Positions 52,269 to 64,000 of a DNA stretch of 64,000 nucleotides are shown in pieces. The position numbers and the translations under genes are program-made. The notes beneath the pieces were generated by a model. The model saw nothing but the letters and a program-made list of their open reading frames with translations, was not told the DNA's origin and ran no database searches. Each line of letters begins with the position of its first letter. The stretch's first letter is position 1. The DNA comes from Zygnema circumcarinatum SAG 698-1b (taxonomy: Eukaryota; Plantae; Zygnematophyceae), in contig CM074805.1 in assembly GCA_037447605.1 (NCBI GenBank), positions 4,683,361-4,747,360 of the forward strand, given 5' to 3'.

Positions 52269-55200
52269 CTAATGCTTTGATAAGTTGTTCACCATGTTGG
52301 TGAGAAGTCTCTTTTTCTGTTCCACTGTGAACGCTGGATTGCTCTGCACGTAGTCCAAGGAAAAGACAAACGGAAATGTAAGGGGCAATAAGGCAAGGAA
52401 AGATGTGGCGAGACAATAGACAGAGAGAGAGAGAGGGAGAGAGCGAAGGGGAGAGAGGGGGAGAGAGGGGGAGATAGAGAGAGAGAGAGTGAGAGAGATC
52501 CAAACCTGCAAAGAAAGCAAGGTCCGCTGCGTTAGGGCTTTGATGGACGAGGGCGCTTCCGGAGAGAGTGTGGCCACAATTCCTTTAAGTATCTCAGATT
52601 CCTCTCTCGCAGTCGTCTTCTTTGGCCCGGCGTACGATTCCACAAGGAGGTTCAAAGCAGGAGCTCGTGCCATGGCTAAAGACTTCTGAACCTGCATATT
52701 CAGCGGCCCCAATAAACCCCGTTTTCAGTTCAAATCAGCCCCACCAAGGGCGCCCTCTCCCTCTCTCTCCCGCTCCCTCTCCTTTTTTGACTCCCTCGCC
52801 CTCTCCCTCTCCCTCTCCCTCTCTCTCTATTCAGCAGGATTTCTACAGCATTTGGGGCCTATCATGCTCGATGGTAGAGAGAAGAGACGAACAAGAAGAC
52901 CCTGAACAACAGTGGTATAGTGCACATGCTTTTGTAGGAGTTAAAGTTTTGGACAACGAAAGTAACAAAAAGCCAACACCTTTTCTTGAATTCCACATGC
53001 CCAACCACATGGCTTTCCAAAAGATGCCAGAAAAAAAGTGGGGGGTGGGGGGAGAGAGAGAGAGAGAGGAGAGGGGCAGCTTACCAGCCACTCGTCCTCG
53101 GTCTTCATTCCCGCCGCCGCCATGAGCTGCTCCTTCGCTTGTTCCAAGCATTCTTCCAGAGTGGGAGGCGGCTTCTCATCTATATTAGGGTTTGTTCCAA
53201 TCTCCATGTGATACTCGGGTTCAAAGTCCACCTGCTCAGTTTAATGCATCAACCAAAATTAACATGCTTCAGAGAGGCTCAGAAAACCGAAGCAAGCAAG
53301 CCTTCTCCTCTCTCACTTAACAATGCCATTCCAGCTCTAATGTCAGCAAGCCCACTGATTCCCGAAATGATGTTACGCACGATTATAAAAAAGCGTAAAA
53401 CTGTAATAACTCTTTCTGTCGAAATGCTGACTGAATTCATAGTTCGTTTTTCAACTTTCCCTGATCCTCAGCCGTCAGAGTCATCCCAAACTCACCAGAA
53501 ACCGCGCATGAAGGTTTTGCTGAATGGCATCGATCGTATCCATTGCCTCTCCAAAATCCTCCAATTGCTCCTCCTGCTCCCTCGTCATTGGTGGGAGATT
53601 TCTGGTTTGCGGACGAGCTTCCACAGCCCCCCTCCTTGTGCTTCGCCGCTCTGAACTTCTCCGTTCAACCCGTGGTTTCCTCTGTGTGACAGATGTCGCT
53701 TGCTGATTGCTCGACCTATCTCGCGATTGAGAGAATGCTCCTGAAGTGAAACTTTCCATAGAGGCTCTGCGTGCCTGCTTTCGTTTCTCCCCTCCTTGGA
53801 CGAGAATAGCTACGGCTTGTTCTGCAGCTTCAGCAGCTTGCTCTGCTGACAGCTGCCGCCTATCCCTTTCATTCTCTCCCACAGTCCCTATTATCTTTGA
53901 ATCTGCCATATCTGCTGTTCTGGAAAGTCCTCTCCCAGCACCTGTCCTTGCTACTCTCTCCTGCCCCCCCTCCCCTGTTCTTTCCAGCTCCATCCTTTTA
54001 GCATCCCCTGCAATAGGTGCGCCAATAGGAGACTTACTTAACAGAGGCAATGGCCGAGAAGGTGCTGAGGGTGATGCGGTGTTGTTTTCCTCCCGACCTC
54101 GACCAGCTCCTCCACTTATGATCCCCTCAGCAAAGTTAGCACGCAGCTCTGCATTTGCTTTTCTTTCCAAAGGATGTTTCCACCTACCGAAGCTGCCTGT
54201 TTTCGCTTCATCACGCAACTCTTCCATGTTTGTTCCAGCAACTTCCTGTCCTAAGCTGCTTTCATTTACTTTTTCGGAGGGTAGCGGCCCAAGTGGCAGG
54301 CCCCTACCCATACCCGAGTCGATTTGAGCCCAAATCTGCGCGGAAATGGGCTTTAATGTGCTGCTTTCTTCTTTTTCTCTCACCCCATCTTCACTAATCC
54401 CATCCACCACCAGCTGCTCTAATTCTACAGAAGCACTCTCTGAAACTTTGACTTCTACCACAGGACGAGCATCTGACAAAAATGCCGGCTGTTTCTGAGT
54501 AAATTTGGAATCCCACTGGAAAAGTCCGCCACCGAGACCGGCCCCTCTACCTGCACCGGGACTTGCAGGGAGTGCGTGATGTGGGATCCGGACTTGTAGA
54601 TTGCTAGATTCCTGTGAATTTTCCAATACAGCACCTCGTCCTCTGCCTCGCCCAGGCATAGCTATGCCACCTTCTACTGCACTTTGCCGCTCTACCATAG
54701 CAGCCACCTCCTCAAACGGCACCTCTACTCGATGCTCCTCTCTCTCCTTCGACTGGAAGTCTGCTCTCTCTGAGTCGTCACTGCTACCCTTATGCGAAGG
54801 AGCATCGTCAAAAATAGATGATTCCGTGAACGCTGTCTCTGCTGGTTTTGCCATCCATGTCTGCCGCTTATTGATCCGATTCCTTAACTCCTGTGTCTCC
54901 TCGCTGCTTAATGCCTCACTTACAGGAGACTCACCAACCTGTACTGGAACGGACACTTGCTCCTTGACTTCCACTTGTCCTATTGAAGCAGAATCCATAT
55001 TGTCCAGTTCCCCTTTTCGTTGAACAACTGGCTCCGGCACAAAACTTGTAGATATTGTAGGAGAAGGCCTTTCTATTGTGAGCTCTGCCACCAGAGCTTC
55101 CATCTTCTCAATCTCCCCTTTCTCTGCATACATCTCTATCATAGCGTTTAGCCCATGAGCATCTGGTTGGATTTTTGCTTCCTTTGCACTGAAAAGGACC

Positions 55201-56177
55201 GCCTCTGCATCCACGTCGCGACCCGCTCTGGCAAGGACCTCCAACAGAGCAGCTGAAGCAGCATTATCAAGAACTTGTCCAGACACTAAACCTTTGTCGT
55301 AGCAGCTTTCTATCTCTGAATAACGCTGCCCTCGAGAATACGCAACAATCATCTTAGAGAGGGCATTCCCAGACAAGCCTGGTCTTTGTGGAGTTCCGCC
55401 AGGAGCGAATCCAGACGTAAGGACACGAGTAGAGGAAGGAAAAGGTTCCGTAGTTTGCGAAGAAGGGGTAGAAGGAGGAGGAGGAGCGGGAGAAGGAAAA
55501 GGAGAAGAGGGAGAGAGACGAGAAGGGGGGGGGGGAGGAGGAGGGAAAGGGGGAGGGGGAGGAGGGGGCGGAGGGGGAGGAGGAGGAGGAGGTGGGGGGG
55601 GAGAAGCTGATATTGGAGTGGACCGGGGCTCGCGAGCACGAGGCTTTGGAGGCGAAGGCAATGTAGAAGCATGAGAAGGCTCTTCAGGGTCCTCAAAACG
55701 AGACGAGCCAATCCTTCCCTTCTTAAGAAAGCTGCTGCTGCTCCATCCCCCAAGGGCTGATCCTGAGAGCTGCTCCTTTACTCCCACACTCGCCTCCCTC
55801 ACCGGGTCACCTCCTTCCTGCGCTCGCCTGAGAGACTGCTGCTGAGGCTCCTCCGCAGGTCGCAGAACTGGCCTAGGAGGCCCCACAGGCTCAAAAATGG
55901 CGCCTTGTGCTCCTTCCTCTTCCAATGCTCTCTCTCCCATGGAGGAGTTCGAGGGTTCAGGGCGGAGGGAAGGGAGAGGAGGGTCGGAAGGGTTTACCAC
56001 CATTCCCGGCGCTCCTGGGGTGGTCCTCTGCAGAGGAGCTCCAGAAGCCCGGGCTCCCCTTCCAATGCTTCTCCCCCTTCCATGAGCTTCACCGCTGGAA
56101 AATTTCCTGTGCAAAGGATTCCATGGCGACGAAACCCGTGCCCCCACGGAGCACAGGCTCCGGCGCATGCTTGGCAA
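52269..56177 (-). CDS. At1g53645-like mitochondrial protein (GRG/GAGRG-rich N-terminus, conserved C-terminal domain) carrying three PPR motifs
   Basis: Large exon 56177-~53493 starts with a mitochondrial-presequence-like region (MPSMRRSLCSVGARV...RKFSS) and contains repeated GAGRG. Later exons give VDFEPEYHMEIGTNPNIDEKPPPTLEECLEQAK, ESYAGPKKTTAREESEIL, SIKALTQRTLLSLQ|SNPAF, with the stop at 52269. This matches my recollection of the At1g53645 C-terminus (ECEPEY...SNPDIDEKPP..LRECLEK). Confidence 0.8.
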
Positions 56178-57456
56178 AGGAATGCAAAAAAGTGGAGCCT
56201 AACCCTTAAAACAGTGGGCTGACAAGGAAAGCAGTAACTTTAGTTTTAATGCAAAAACATCCTACGCAGTTTCTGAAGAGAGCCGCCGGGAGAAGCTGAC
56301 GTGAATTTCTCACTCTCAGGCCAACAATGAAATGCAGGAAAAGTAAGGGGTCGCCGCGGGGAGGGCAATGCGCCTTGAGCTTCTACCCCAAAGCTTATCC
56401 TAACATCTAACAAGAACGAGGAAAGAACGGCAAGGGAAGCTGCAGTGGGATCCAAACGAAGAGACAGATTAGAGCTGAAGTAAACGACAATACCGCAACC
56501 TCTCAAATTGAGAGAGTGGAGTCACGCAGTGATGCACACCATGGCTGAAAACTGCTCAAAGAAGAAGCTGGAGGGTAAAAAAAAACCCTAATAGAGAGGG
56601 CTTAGAAGCACATAGAACCTACTGTGTAGTTCCAGTTCAGTAACAGTTCACAGTTCCAGTTAGATTTGTAGTTATTGTTACTGTTACTTTGTTAGTTCGC
56701 AGTCACAGTTCCAGTTACAGTGTCTTATTTGTGATATCCCGTTATTTGTTCAACACAGAACGGCTATATGTCCGTACCGTTCGAAAGAATACGTCATGGT
56801 GTGCAACCGTACATCAATCCTCGCATACTGTATGTCAGCAGTTTCAAACTCTTTTACGTCATATGACGTCAACGCTATTTACCGTCTAATTTACAAGGCG
56901 ATCTATTATAATCGGCAAACTAGGTTCAAAATGACGTCATTTCGTCGTCAGAAACTTGCAGTTTTTCAATGCAGCGATCGAATGATGACGCCATTCAGAG
57001 GTTGGAGCCCGCAAACCGAGTTTGGACCAGAAAACCTGTGAACTGGTTGGAAGCCACCGTATCCTTCAGAAAGCTCTCGTCAGCCATGGCTGCCCCTGTG
57101 ACTTCCCTCCCTCGCGTCTTCCCCATCGCCCCTCTCGTTCCTTTCTGCCACGTGTCCTCACATTTGGACTCACCTCCCATGCTCTACTCCCTCCCCTAAT
57201 CCGCCTTCTCCCACAATTTCTCACCCTCCACCCTTCGTCCCTTCAGAGTGACCCTCTCCTCGCTACTCTTTTTCCTCCTGCTTTTTCTCTCCTCTCCCTG
57301 TCCCTCTCCCTCTCCCTCTCCCTCTCCCTCTCCCGCTTTCTCTCCCTCTCCCTCTCCCTCTCCTTCTCCCTCTCCCGCTCCCTCTCCCTCTCCCTCTTTC
57401 CATCTGCTCTATTCTCATTGATCCCCTAACTTGTTCCTCCCCTTCCCGGCTTATGG

Positions 57457-60400
57457 ATGCATCGCGAACACAGCAAGCCGCCATGGCTGCTTGCTGCGCA
57501 GTCCCGACGTGACTGGGGAGGCCTCAACAGGAGCCACATGAGCAGCGGCAGTAGCCGATCTGACTCACTCCCAGGCGGACACGTGGCAAGGCCGCGGGCC
57601 CTCTCGGAAGGCCGGGCAGTGGCGGAGACGCCGCCAGCTGTCCCTTCAGGGTCGAGCGCAGTAGCTATGGCTGGCGGCTCCGCTCAGCCACAGCAGCAGA
57701 CTGCGGTGCGGACTCATTTCAAAACGCCGGAGGGGCGATATCGGCTATCTTATGAGAAGGCGGCCCCGGTGGGGATGCTGCAGTACGCTCATTACAGGGG
57801 TGTGACAAAGGTGGGAATGGTGCTCAATCATGGCGGCAGGGTCAATTAGGGTCATGGTTAGGGTCAGGGTAGGGTTAGGTTCTGGTTAGGTGATTTAGGG
57901 TGATTGTTAGGGTAAGGTCTTGGTTTGAGTGGGGGTGAGGGTCAGGGTTAGGTTCAGAGTGAGTTTCTGTTTAGGATATTTTCTGGGTTAAGAGTTAGGA
58001 TAAGGTCTTGGTTTGGATTGGGGTTAGGGTCAGGAGAATTAGGGTTAGGGTTTGGGGTAAGAGGTAGTTGCTGAGATTAGGGCATCTGGGTTATGTGTAG
58101 GGCTACTCGTCGGGAAGCATTAGTGTTAGCTCTATAATCAGGGGTTTGCTCTACAGCTAGTGGTAGGGCTATGATGAGGAATTGTTCGGTGAGGTTTGGG
58201 ATTAAGGTCAGGGTCAGGGCTGGGTAAGGGACGTTGGGCTTAAGTTAGAGGCAGGATTAGAGTATAGATGATCAACTTTTGTGTTAATGTGCTAGGGTTG
58301 GGGTTGGGGTGGGGGTCGGGTTAAGCCTCGTTGTAGGCTTCAGCTTAGGCCTGGTATTAGGAAAAAGCGAAGGTTTACATAAGGGATAAGCTAACCATAC
58401 ACCCATCTGGATACAATTGAATCCGAAAACCATAGCAAAACTACATCTCATGGGGTATTTACATTGTGAAAGGAATTGGGTCGGATTCCACATCTTCATA
58501 AGCTCTCATATCACCGTGCTTGGCCTCGTTAACAAGCTTCTCTCTCTCAAGAATGTATAGGATGACATGCGTAAGGGTATCAACTCTCTAATAACTTGCA
58601 GATCCATATGTATCGACACGAGTTAGTCTGTTTGATTTTTTTGAAGTTTTTCAAACATTTCTTAGGAGACATGATCCGCAGCCTTACCGTTTGTCTCTTG
58701 GCATGTCCAATATTGTTGAATCCAAACAGATGAGTTTGGCCCACCTTAAGGATAGACCGCAGCCTCCTCTCCCGCCTCCCACCATGGTTAGTACAGCCAG
58801 TCGGTATGTCCTAAAGCTTCCAACCTTAGGAGGAAATGGAAGAAGCAGCTCTTTCTTTGGTGGAACAAATACACTTAGTCGACTCGGTGGGGGAAGGAGT
58901 GTCCCAAGCAGTGGAACAAGCACACCCGGTGCCAACGGTTCTAGCAGTGGAGGGCAAATGGACACTGAAGGAACATACCTGATATTCAATGTGGGCGAAA
59001 TACTACTGATCGCAGATTACAAAAGCACCGAAAAGGTATAGGCCGGACCTGTTCTGGGGGTATGGACTATGTCGATGAGAAGGAAGAAGTTGACAGTTGT
59101 TGTTGTAAGTCGAAGTAAAGGAGTAAGAGAGTAAATGGTTCTCGAATGCAGTAATAATAGTGGTGAAATGTTGTGTTACTAGTTAGTGTATGGTGAAGGC
59201 TTGATGGCTTGTTGGCTGGGTGGATTTTTCGGACTCTCAGGAGCCTATAAAAAGCATTCACTTTGCAGGCATGCGGTCTCTCTGCCATGCCTTCAGTCAC
59301 GACGCAACCGACGGCCATGATCTTCTTATTGGAACGGAGGTTGGGGATGGTCAGTCAGACTCAGCATGCTTCTTCGCCTCTCTCCTCATGCATTGTTGAG
59401 CTTGGATGCTTGACACCTACCCTATGGCATTTTACTCATCTTCGTAATCAAGCTGTCAAATGCAATCTAGTCTTTTCTTCAACTCCTCTCGTCTCCTCTC
59501 CTCTCTCTCCTCTAATCTCCTCTCCTCTCCTCTTGTCTCCTCTTCTTCCCCCCCCCCCTTCCCCCCCACCTTCCCCCTCCCCCTCCTCTCTATTCATTTC
59601 TACTTTTCCTTTTCTGCCGCGTGATCCCGGCTCTTTTGCGTCGTCGCAAAGATGTAATTTTCCTTCTTTCTCGCATACGTGCCATGAATGGCAAGTTGTG
59701 TCCCTTTTCTGTAGTAGCTCTACTGCTTCTTTTCTATTCTAAGCTTACGTACTTGTTTCATTTCTGGCAATTGCAGTCTTCACTGCTTCCTTAAGACTAC
59801 AGCTACAAGACAGTGGCCGGAAGTTAGTTTACGGAAATCACTACAACAAAGATGGCTCCGTATGTGCTAGGTAGTCTTCTCCTTACTCTGTCCCCATCTC
59901 CCTCTCCCCTCTCCCTCTCTATATATTCTCTCAGAACCCTGAACGAAAGACATCATTTTTGCACATTATTTTTTCCAGTACTGAATAAACGTCAAGTAGC
60001 AGCCTAATTTCAAATGATACCTGTCCCATTGGCTCCTTTAAGAAAGTAAATATTTTGGGCTGTGGCTGCAGCCGGGTTACTGGGCTTGCTTGGGTGCCTA
60101 AAGGGAACGAACAATTTGTTGTTGCCCATGCGGACGGAAATCTCTTTGTCTATGATAAGGTCAGTGAATTCAGAACCTTCTTTCTTTTGGATGCTATGTA
60201 TTAGCTTATCTTTGGCAGGAAATTTTCTTTTTCTAGATTCTGCAGAGCTTTTATGCTGCTATTGGAAGGGTTGTTTCATAGCACCATGTTCAAGGGCATC
60301 GTATTTACCTTCCCCCCTTTTTTTTCCGTACATACTTCCGTGTATATGGGCAGGGAAGGGACGGCAGTGCAGAAGTACAGTTCATGCTCCCAAAAGACCA

Positions 60401-62648
60401 AGGAGGAGTTTCTCTCGCAAAGGCTCGCACAAGCAAAGTGAGCTCTAAGACTCTACTAATCAATCAGAAATAAGTAACCACCTAACTAGCTAACTAACTA
60501 GAAGCATTTCGACACTGCCTTACATAACGCGTTGTTTTCCCTTTCTTTTTAAAAATGTATTGTCAACTTTACAACGTTTGATTCGTTGGGTTGTTTTAGG
60601 TTGTTCAGTTGTGTGTTTGTTTAATCCATACAGAGCAATCCGGTGGTGCGATGGCATATCTCTTCCAGTGCTATCAACGCCATCTCCTTCTCTCCCTCAG
60701 GCCAACTACTCGCTATTGCGGGAAGAGACGGTAGGAATTCTGCAGCCCTCGTCTCCCACTGCTCCTTAAGACACTGCTTTCCGTACTTAAATTACCTATC
60801 AGGAGCCTTAATGCAACGATCTAGTTAAGGTCCTCCCTAAATCTACCAACCTTAGAGGAAATCAAAACCCTAAACCCTAACCCTAAACCCTCAAACCTTG
60901 TCATCAGTCCCTGCACATTCCATTTCCATTCCATGCAGCCGCTCAGACAGGAGATGTTGAAAAAGTATTTGAGTGGGAGCAAAGGCAATGGCCTGCTTTT
61001 CAGCTCTCGCATGACGTGACGTGACGTGACGTGACGTGACGTGTGCTCGGAGCTGAGTGAGGTGCAGGCTACCTGCGAGTAATCGATTGGTTCGGAGAGA
61101 AACTGCAATGCGGCTTTAAAAGCTATTATGGAGCTTTGCTATGCTGTGCTTTCAGGTAGTCCTCTCTCAGCTTCTCCCACTATCCTTTTTTTTTTCCTAG
61201 TCCAATGGGCCAAAAAGGGCTTGTTTTCTTAAAAGGATAAGAGTCCTAAAAGAAGAGTGCTCTCTTCTCCCTTAAGTTTTCCTCCCATGAATGCTGCGAT
61301 TATACAATTCCTTTCCTTTTTGAACGTTTCGAGCATTCGGTGCTGACGAACTTCCTTTTTAGCATGAGCTCGATTGCTGGACCTTTTCCGACTACTACTC
61401 AGATGTTGTTTGTTCTTTGTTCCATCCCCACACAAAGGACTGACTGTTGGGAGTCTTCTGTGGTCTGTACGGATGAGCAGTCCGGATGGGAACTTCGTGT
61501 TAGCAGGTGGAGAGGATGATTTAGTCCACGTGTGGAGTATGGAGGAGCAGAGAGTGGTGGCGTGGGGAGAAGGGCACGGCTCATGGGTAAGGGGGGATGA
61601 TGCATAGAACATATAATAGGATACATATACACATATTATAAGACCTAAAAACATCTTAATGTCAGACCCATTGAATTATTTCAGTACATTATAAGCCCTA
61701 GGAACGGTTTAACCTCAGACCCATTGAGTCGATTCAGTACCTTATCAGACCTAGGAACGGTTGAAGCTCAAACCCACTGAATCTTGCCTCCTTTGGCTTA
61801 TATTCATGGCAGGTGAACTCAGTAGCTTTTGACCGCTATTGGGTGGGCCCCACCACTCCTGACAGTGATGCCCCACAAGCGTACCGCTTTGGCTCAGTAG
61901 CTCAGGATGCTCAACTTCTCCTATGGGACTTAGTATTGGACGAAGTTGTTGTACCCCTCCAAAGGCTTCTGTCGACAAGTGGCAACATTTCAACTCCTGC
62001 AAGCACAAGCTGCGAACCAAGTATACAACAGCTTCCATTGCCCGCAGTTCAACGGAATCACGGAGTTCTATGTCCGCCGCCGCGACGTAGAGACGTTCCG
62101 AAACTGGCTCCCTTGATGGCACACAAAGTGAGGATAGAACTCACTCGCTCTGCTCCGTAATGGGCTAAGTGGACCGATATGGGAACCGTCATTTTGGAGT
62201 TTTCAGGGTGTAAGGGCTTTTGGGGTTTTTTGGGTTTTTGTTGGAACCCGCAGTCTGCTTATCACTCACTTTGTGGTTGGCCTTTAAGTCGGCCTTTAGT
62301 CATGTACCTGAACATTTGCGAGGGATTCTATTGAGCTGAAAGCCCTATCAATTGAATCCTGGAAACCCTGACAATTGTAAGGGCCCCTGGAAAAGTCCAA
62401 AGGTCAAACATGAATACTTGAGGATTTCAATTTGATGATTTTCGGTTTTAATGGCATTTGGGGTTTGAGGGGGGTGTTTGCAGGTGCATGCGGAGCCTCT
62501 GGCAGATGTCCTTTTCAGCAGAGATGCCATTTTGACATCATGTTATGATGGGCATGTGAAGGTGTGGAGGAGGCCGAGTGGGGAGGGAGGGGGAGGGGTT
62601 CTCTCAGGGAGTGAGGAGGGGGCGCCTTGGAAATCAAGTTCATCCTGA
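57457..62648 (+). CDS. WDR20: WD40 protein WDR20/DMWD (CreC-like), deubiquitinase cofactor family
   Basis: RTHFKTPEGRYRLSYEK, TYLIFNVGE, EPIKSIHF...CHAF...DGHDLLIG, NKDGSV, AWVP...FVVAHADGNLFVYDK, SNPVVRWHI, AIAGRDGYLRV, KSYYGALLCCAFSSPDGNFVLAGGEDDLVHVWSME, AWGEGHGSWV, YRFGSVAQDAQLLLWDL, VPKLAPLMAHKVHAEPL...DGHVKVWRRP; stop at 62648. The start codon is uncertain (57457, 57538 or 57667). Confidence 0.92.
57845..58330. repeat. Degenerate (TTAGGG)n array in WDR20 intron 1
   Basis: Many TTAGGG/TCAGGG/TTGGGG units on the sense strand. Confidence 0.85.
61012..61041. repeat. (TGACG)6 pentamer repeat just upstream of a WDR20 acceptor
   Basis: Six perfect TGACG units; acceptor AG at 61066-61067. Confidence 0.95.
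61635..61782. repeat. 53-bp tandem repeat (~2.5 copies) in a WDR20 intron
   Basis: TCAGACCCATTGA at 61662 and 61715, and TCAAACCCACTGA at 61768, with intervening TCAGTAC..TTAT...CCTAGGAACGGTT. Confidence 0.85.
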
Positions 62649-64000
62649 AAGAGCTCCGAGCCATAGAAAATATAACAAATAAGGGCCAGCTCTTGGAAGG
62701 ATGTTTTTTGTTCATTTGTTTGGCTAATCGCCATCAATCCTCTTCCCCCTCCTCCCTCCCNNNNNNNNNNCCCCCCCCCCCCCCCCTCCCCGCTCTCTCT
62801 CTCTCTCTCTCCCCTCTCTCTTTCCCTCTCGGGCTCTCTCCATTTATCCTGTGAAAGGTCTCCTTTTGGGGTACGACCCATACTCTATGGCAGTAACCCT
62901 ACTTTTGCCCTCTCGTAAGAATAATTTCTGTAGCAATCAAAGGGGGCCATTTGCAGCCTTTTTCCGAAGCGAAGGGCTGCCGATACATGTGGTGTGATCC
63001 TGTACCATGCTGTTCAGTTCAGTTTCAGCTTAATTCAGTCGGCGACTACGGACACTATTCTTTTGTGCTTTTTTTCTCGCTTGCTCCGTGATTCTGCGCA
63101 TTGAGAGTTGGTTTCTGTGAGTGGAAAAAACAGCTTTCAAGGCTGCGTCTCGCATTACCAGAAGTTTTTTATTAATACCGTTTTTTTTTTTTCTTCTTGC
63201 GCCTTATTTTTTGGGCCAAAGATGATGTCAGCATGATGGTATCGCACAAAGTAGGGCTGTTGGTGCAATTGGTGGCCGCAATAATGATTTTCATTTGGCA
63301 AAAGTCAACTCTGAAGCTGATATGAAGATAGCTTTATTGGCGTAGACGGCCGAATTTAGTACCGTAGCCATCAAACGACCAACCTGGTTTTAATCCATGA
63401 AGACGAGGCTAAACTTCAACTTGTTATGACGAGGGTGAGACGCGCAGTTCAACAATGGAATGCTCATTTCCTATCACGTGGTTAAGGAATTGGAGCCATT
63501 GTCATGCTGCGGGTGGCATGTGTCATTTTCGGATTACGGGCCTAAGGGCCATTGTGTAGGTGAGTCGAGTATAACTCGACCTTTTTTTGCCATTTTCCGC
63601 ACCTCTCCATTGAGAGAGGGATGGGAGATGGGGTCCTGGACTACCGCAATTTTTTTTTTGCAAAGTGACAGTTGTTTATTGATCTCCAAAAATTGATGCG
63701 GACAAGCCTCCAGGAAGGGGGTTGAACTCAACTCCTTAGACTTCTCGTGATCGACTGCCACTACAGCCCCACATTGGCCCCACGGGGTTAAGTGGAGAGC
63801 TCAGAAAGCTGAATCGAGTTCGGCTCAACTCGGCTCGCCCCAAAAAGGGAATGGCCCTAAGATACCCAAAGAGATGGTCAGCTTTCATCTTTCGCGTCTT
63901 TTTTCTAACAAACACCGCACACACAATTTACAATACACACGACCCACCAAGTGATTGTTTAACCATGGGGAGCCTCTTACCGTATGCGGTCTGAGGACTT

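Overview
This is eukaryotic nuclear DNA from the green-plant lineage, most plausibly a streptophyte alga. That call is an inference from land-plant-like proteins, short introns and dense (CT)n/(GA)n and TTAGGG-type repeats; the species cannot be fixed from the sequence alone. The draft assembly has six 10-N gaps, all inside G/C or GA/CT runs. Most entries in the ORF track are microsatellite artefacts, so I spliced the real genes by hand. Nine genes are supported: (0) the 5' part of a minus-strand, probably organelle-targeted gene that runs off the left edge and is missing from the ORF track; (1) SRFR1/TTC13-like TPR protein, 23 exons; (2) an unusual protein with a DUF3825-like domain, an RRM and a CxxC-x17-CxxC-like zinc ribbon; (3) ankyrin Raf-like kinase (VIK/ILK); (4) bifunctional nuclease BBD; (5) ISPE; (6) WDR91; (7) an At1g53645-like mitochondrial protein carrying three PPR motifs; (8) WDR20/DMWD-like protein. 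The best novelty candidate is gene 2, which combines two mainly prokaryotic RNA-metabolism-linked domains with an RRM in an intron-rich gene. Also notable are the PPR insertion in gene 7, a U12 AT-AC intron in WDR91, a telomere/CCTGG/telomere satellite sandwich in a GC-AG intron, a mariner-type MITE nested in a hAT-type MITE, and MSA, ABRE and C-box motif clusters in promoters. All family assignments rest on remembered motifs, not database searches.
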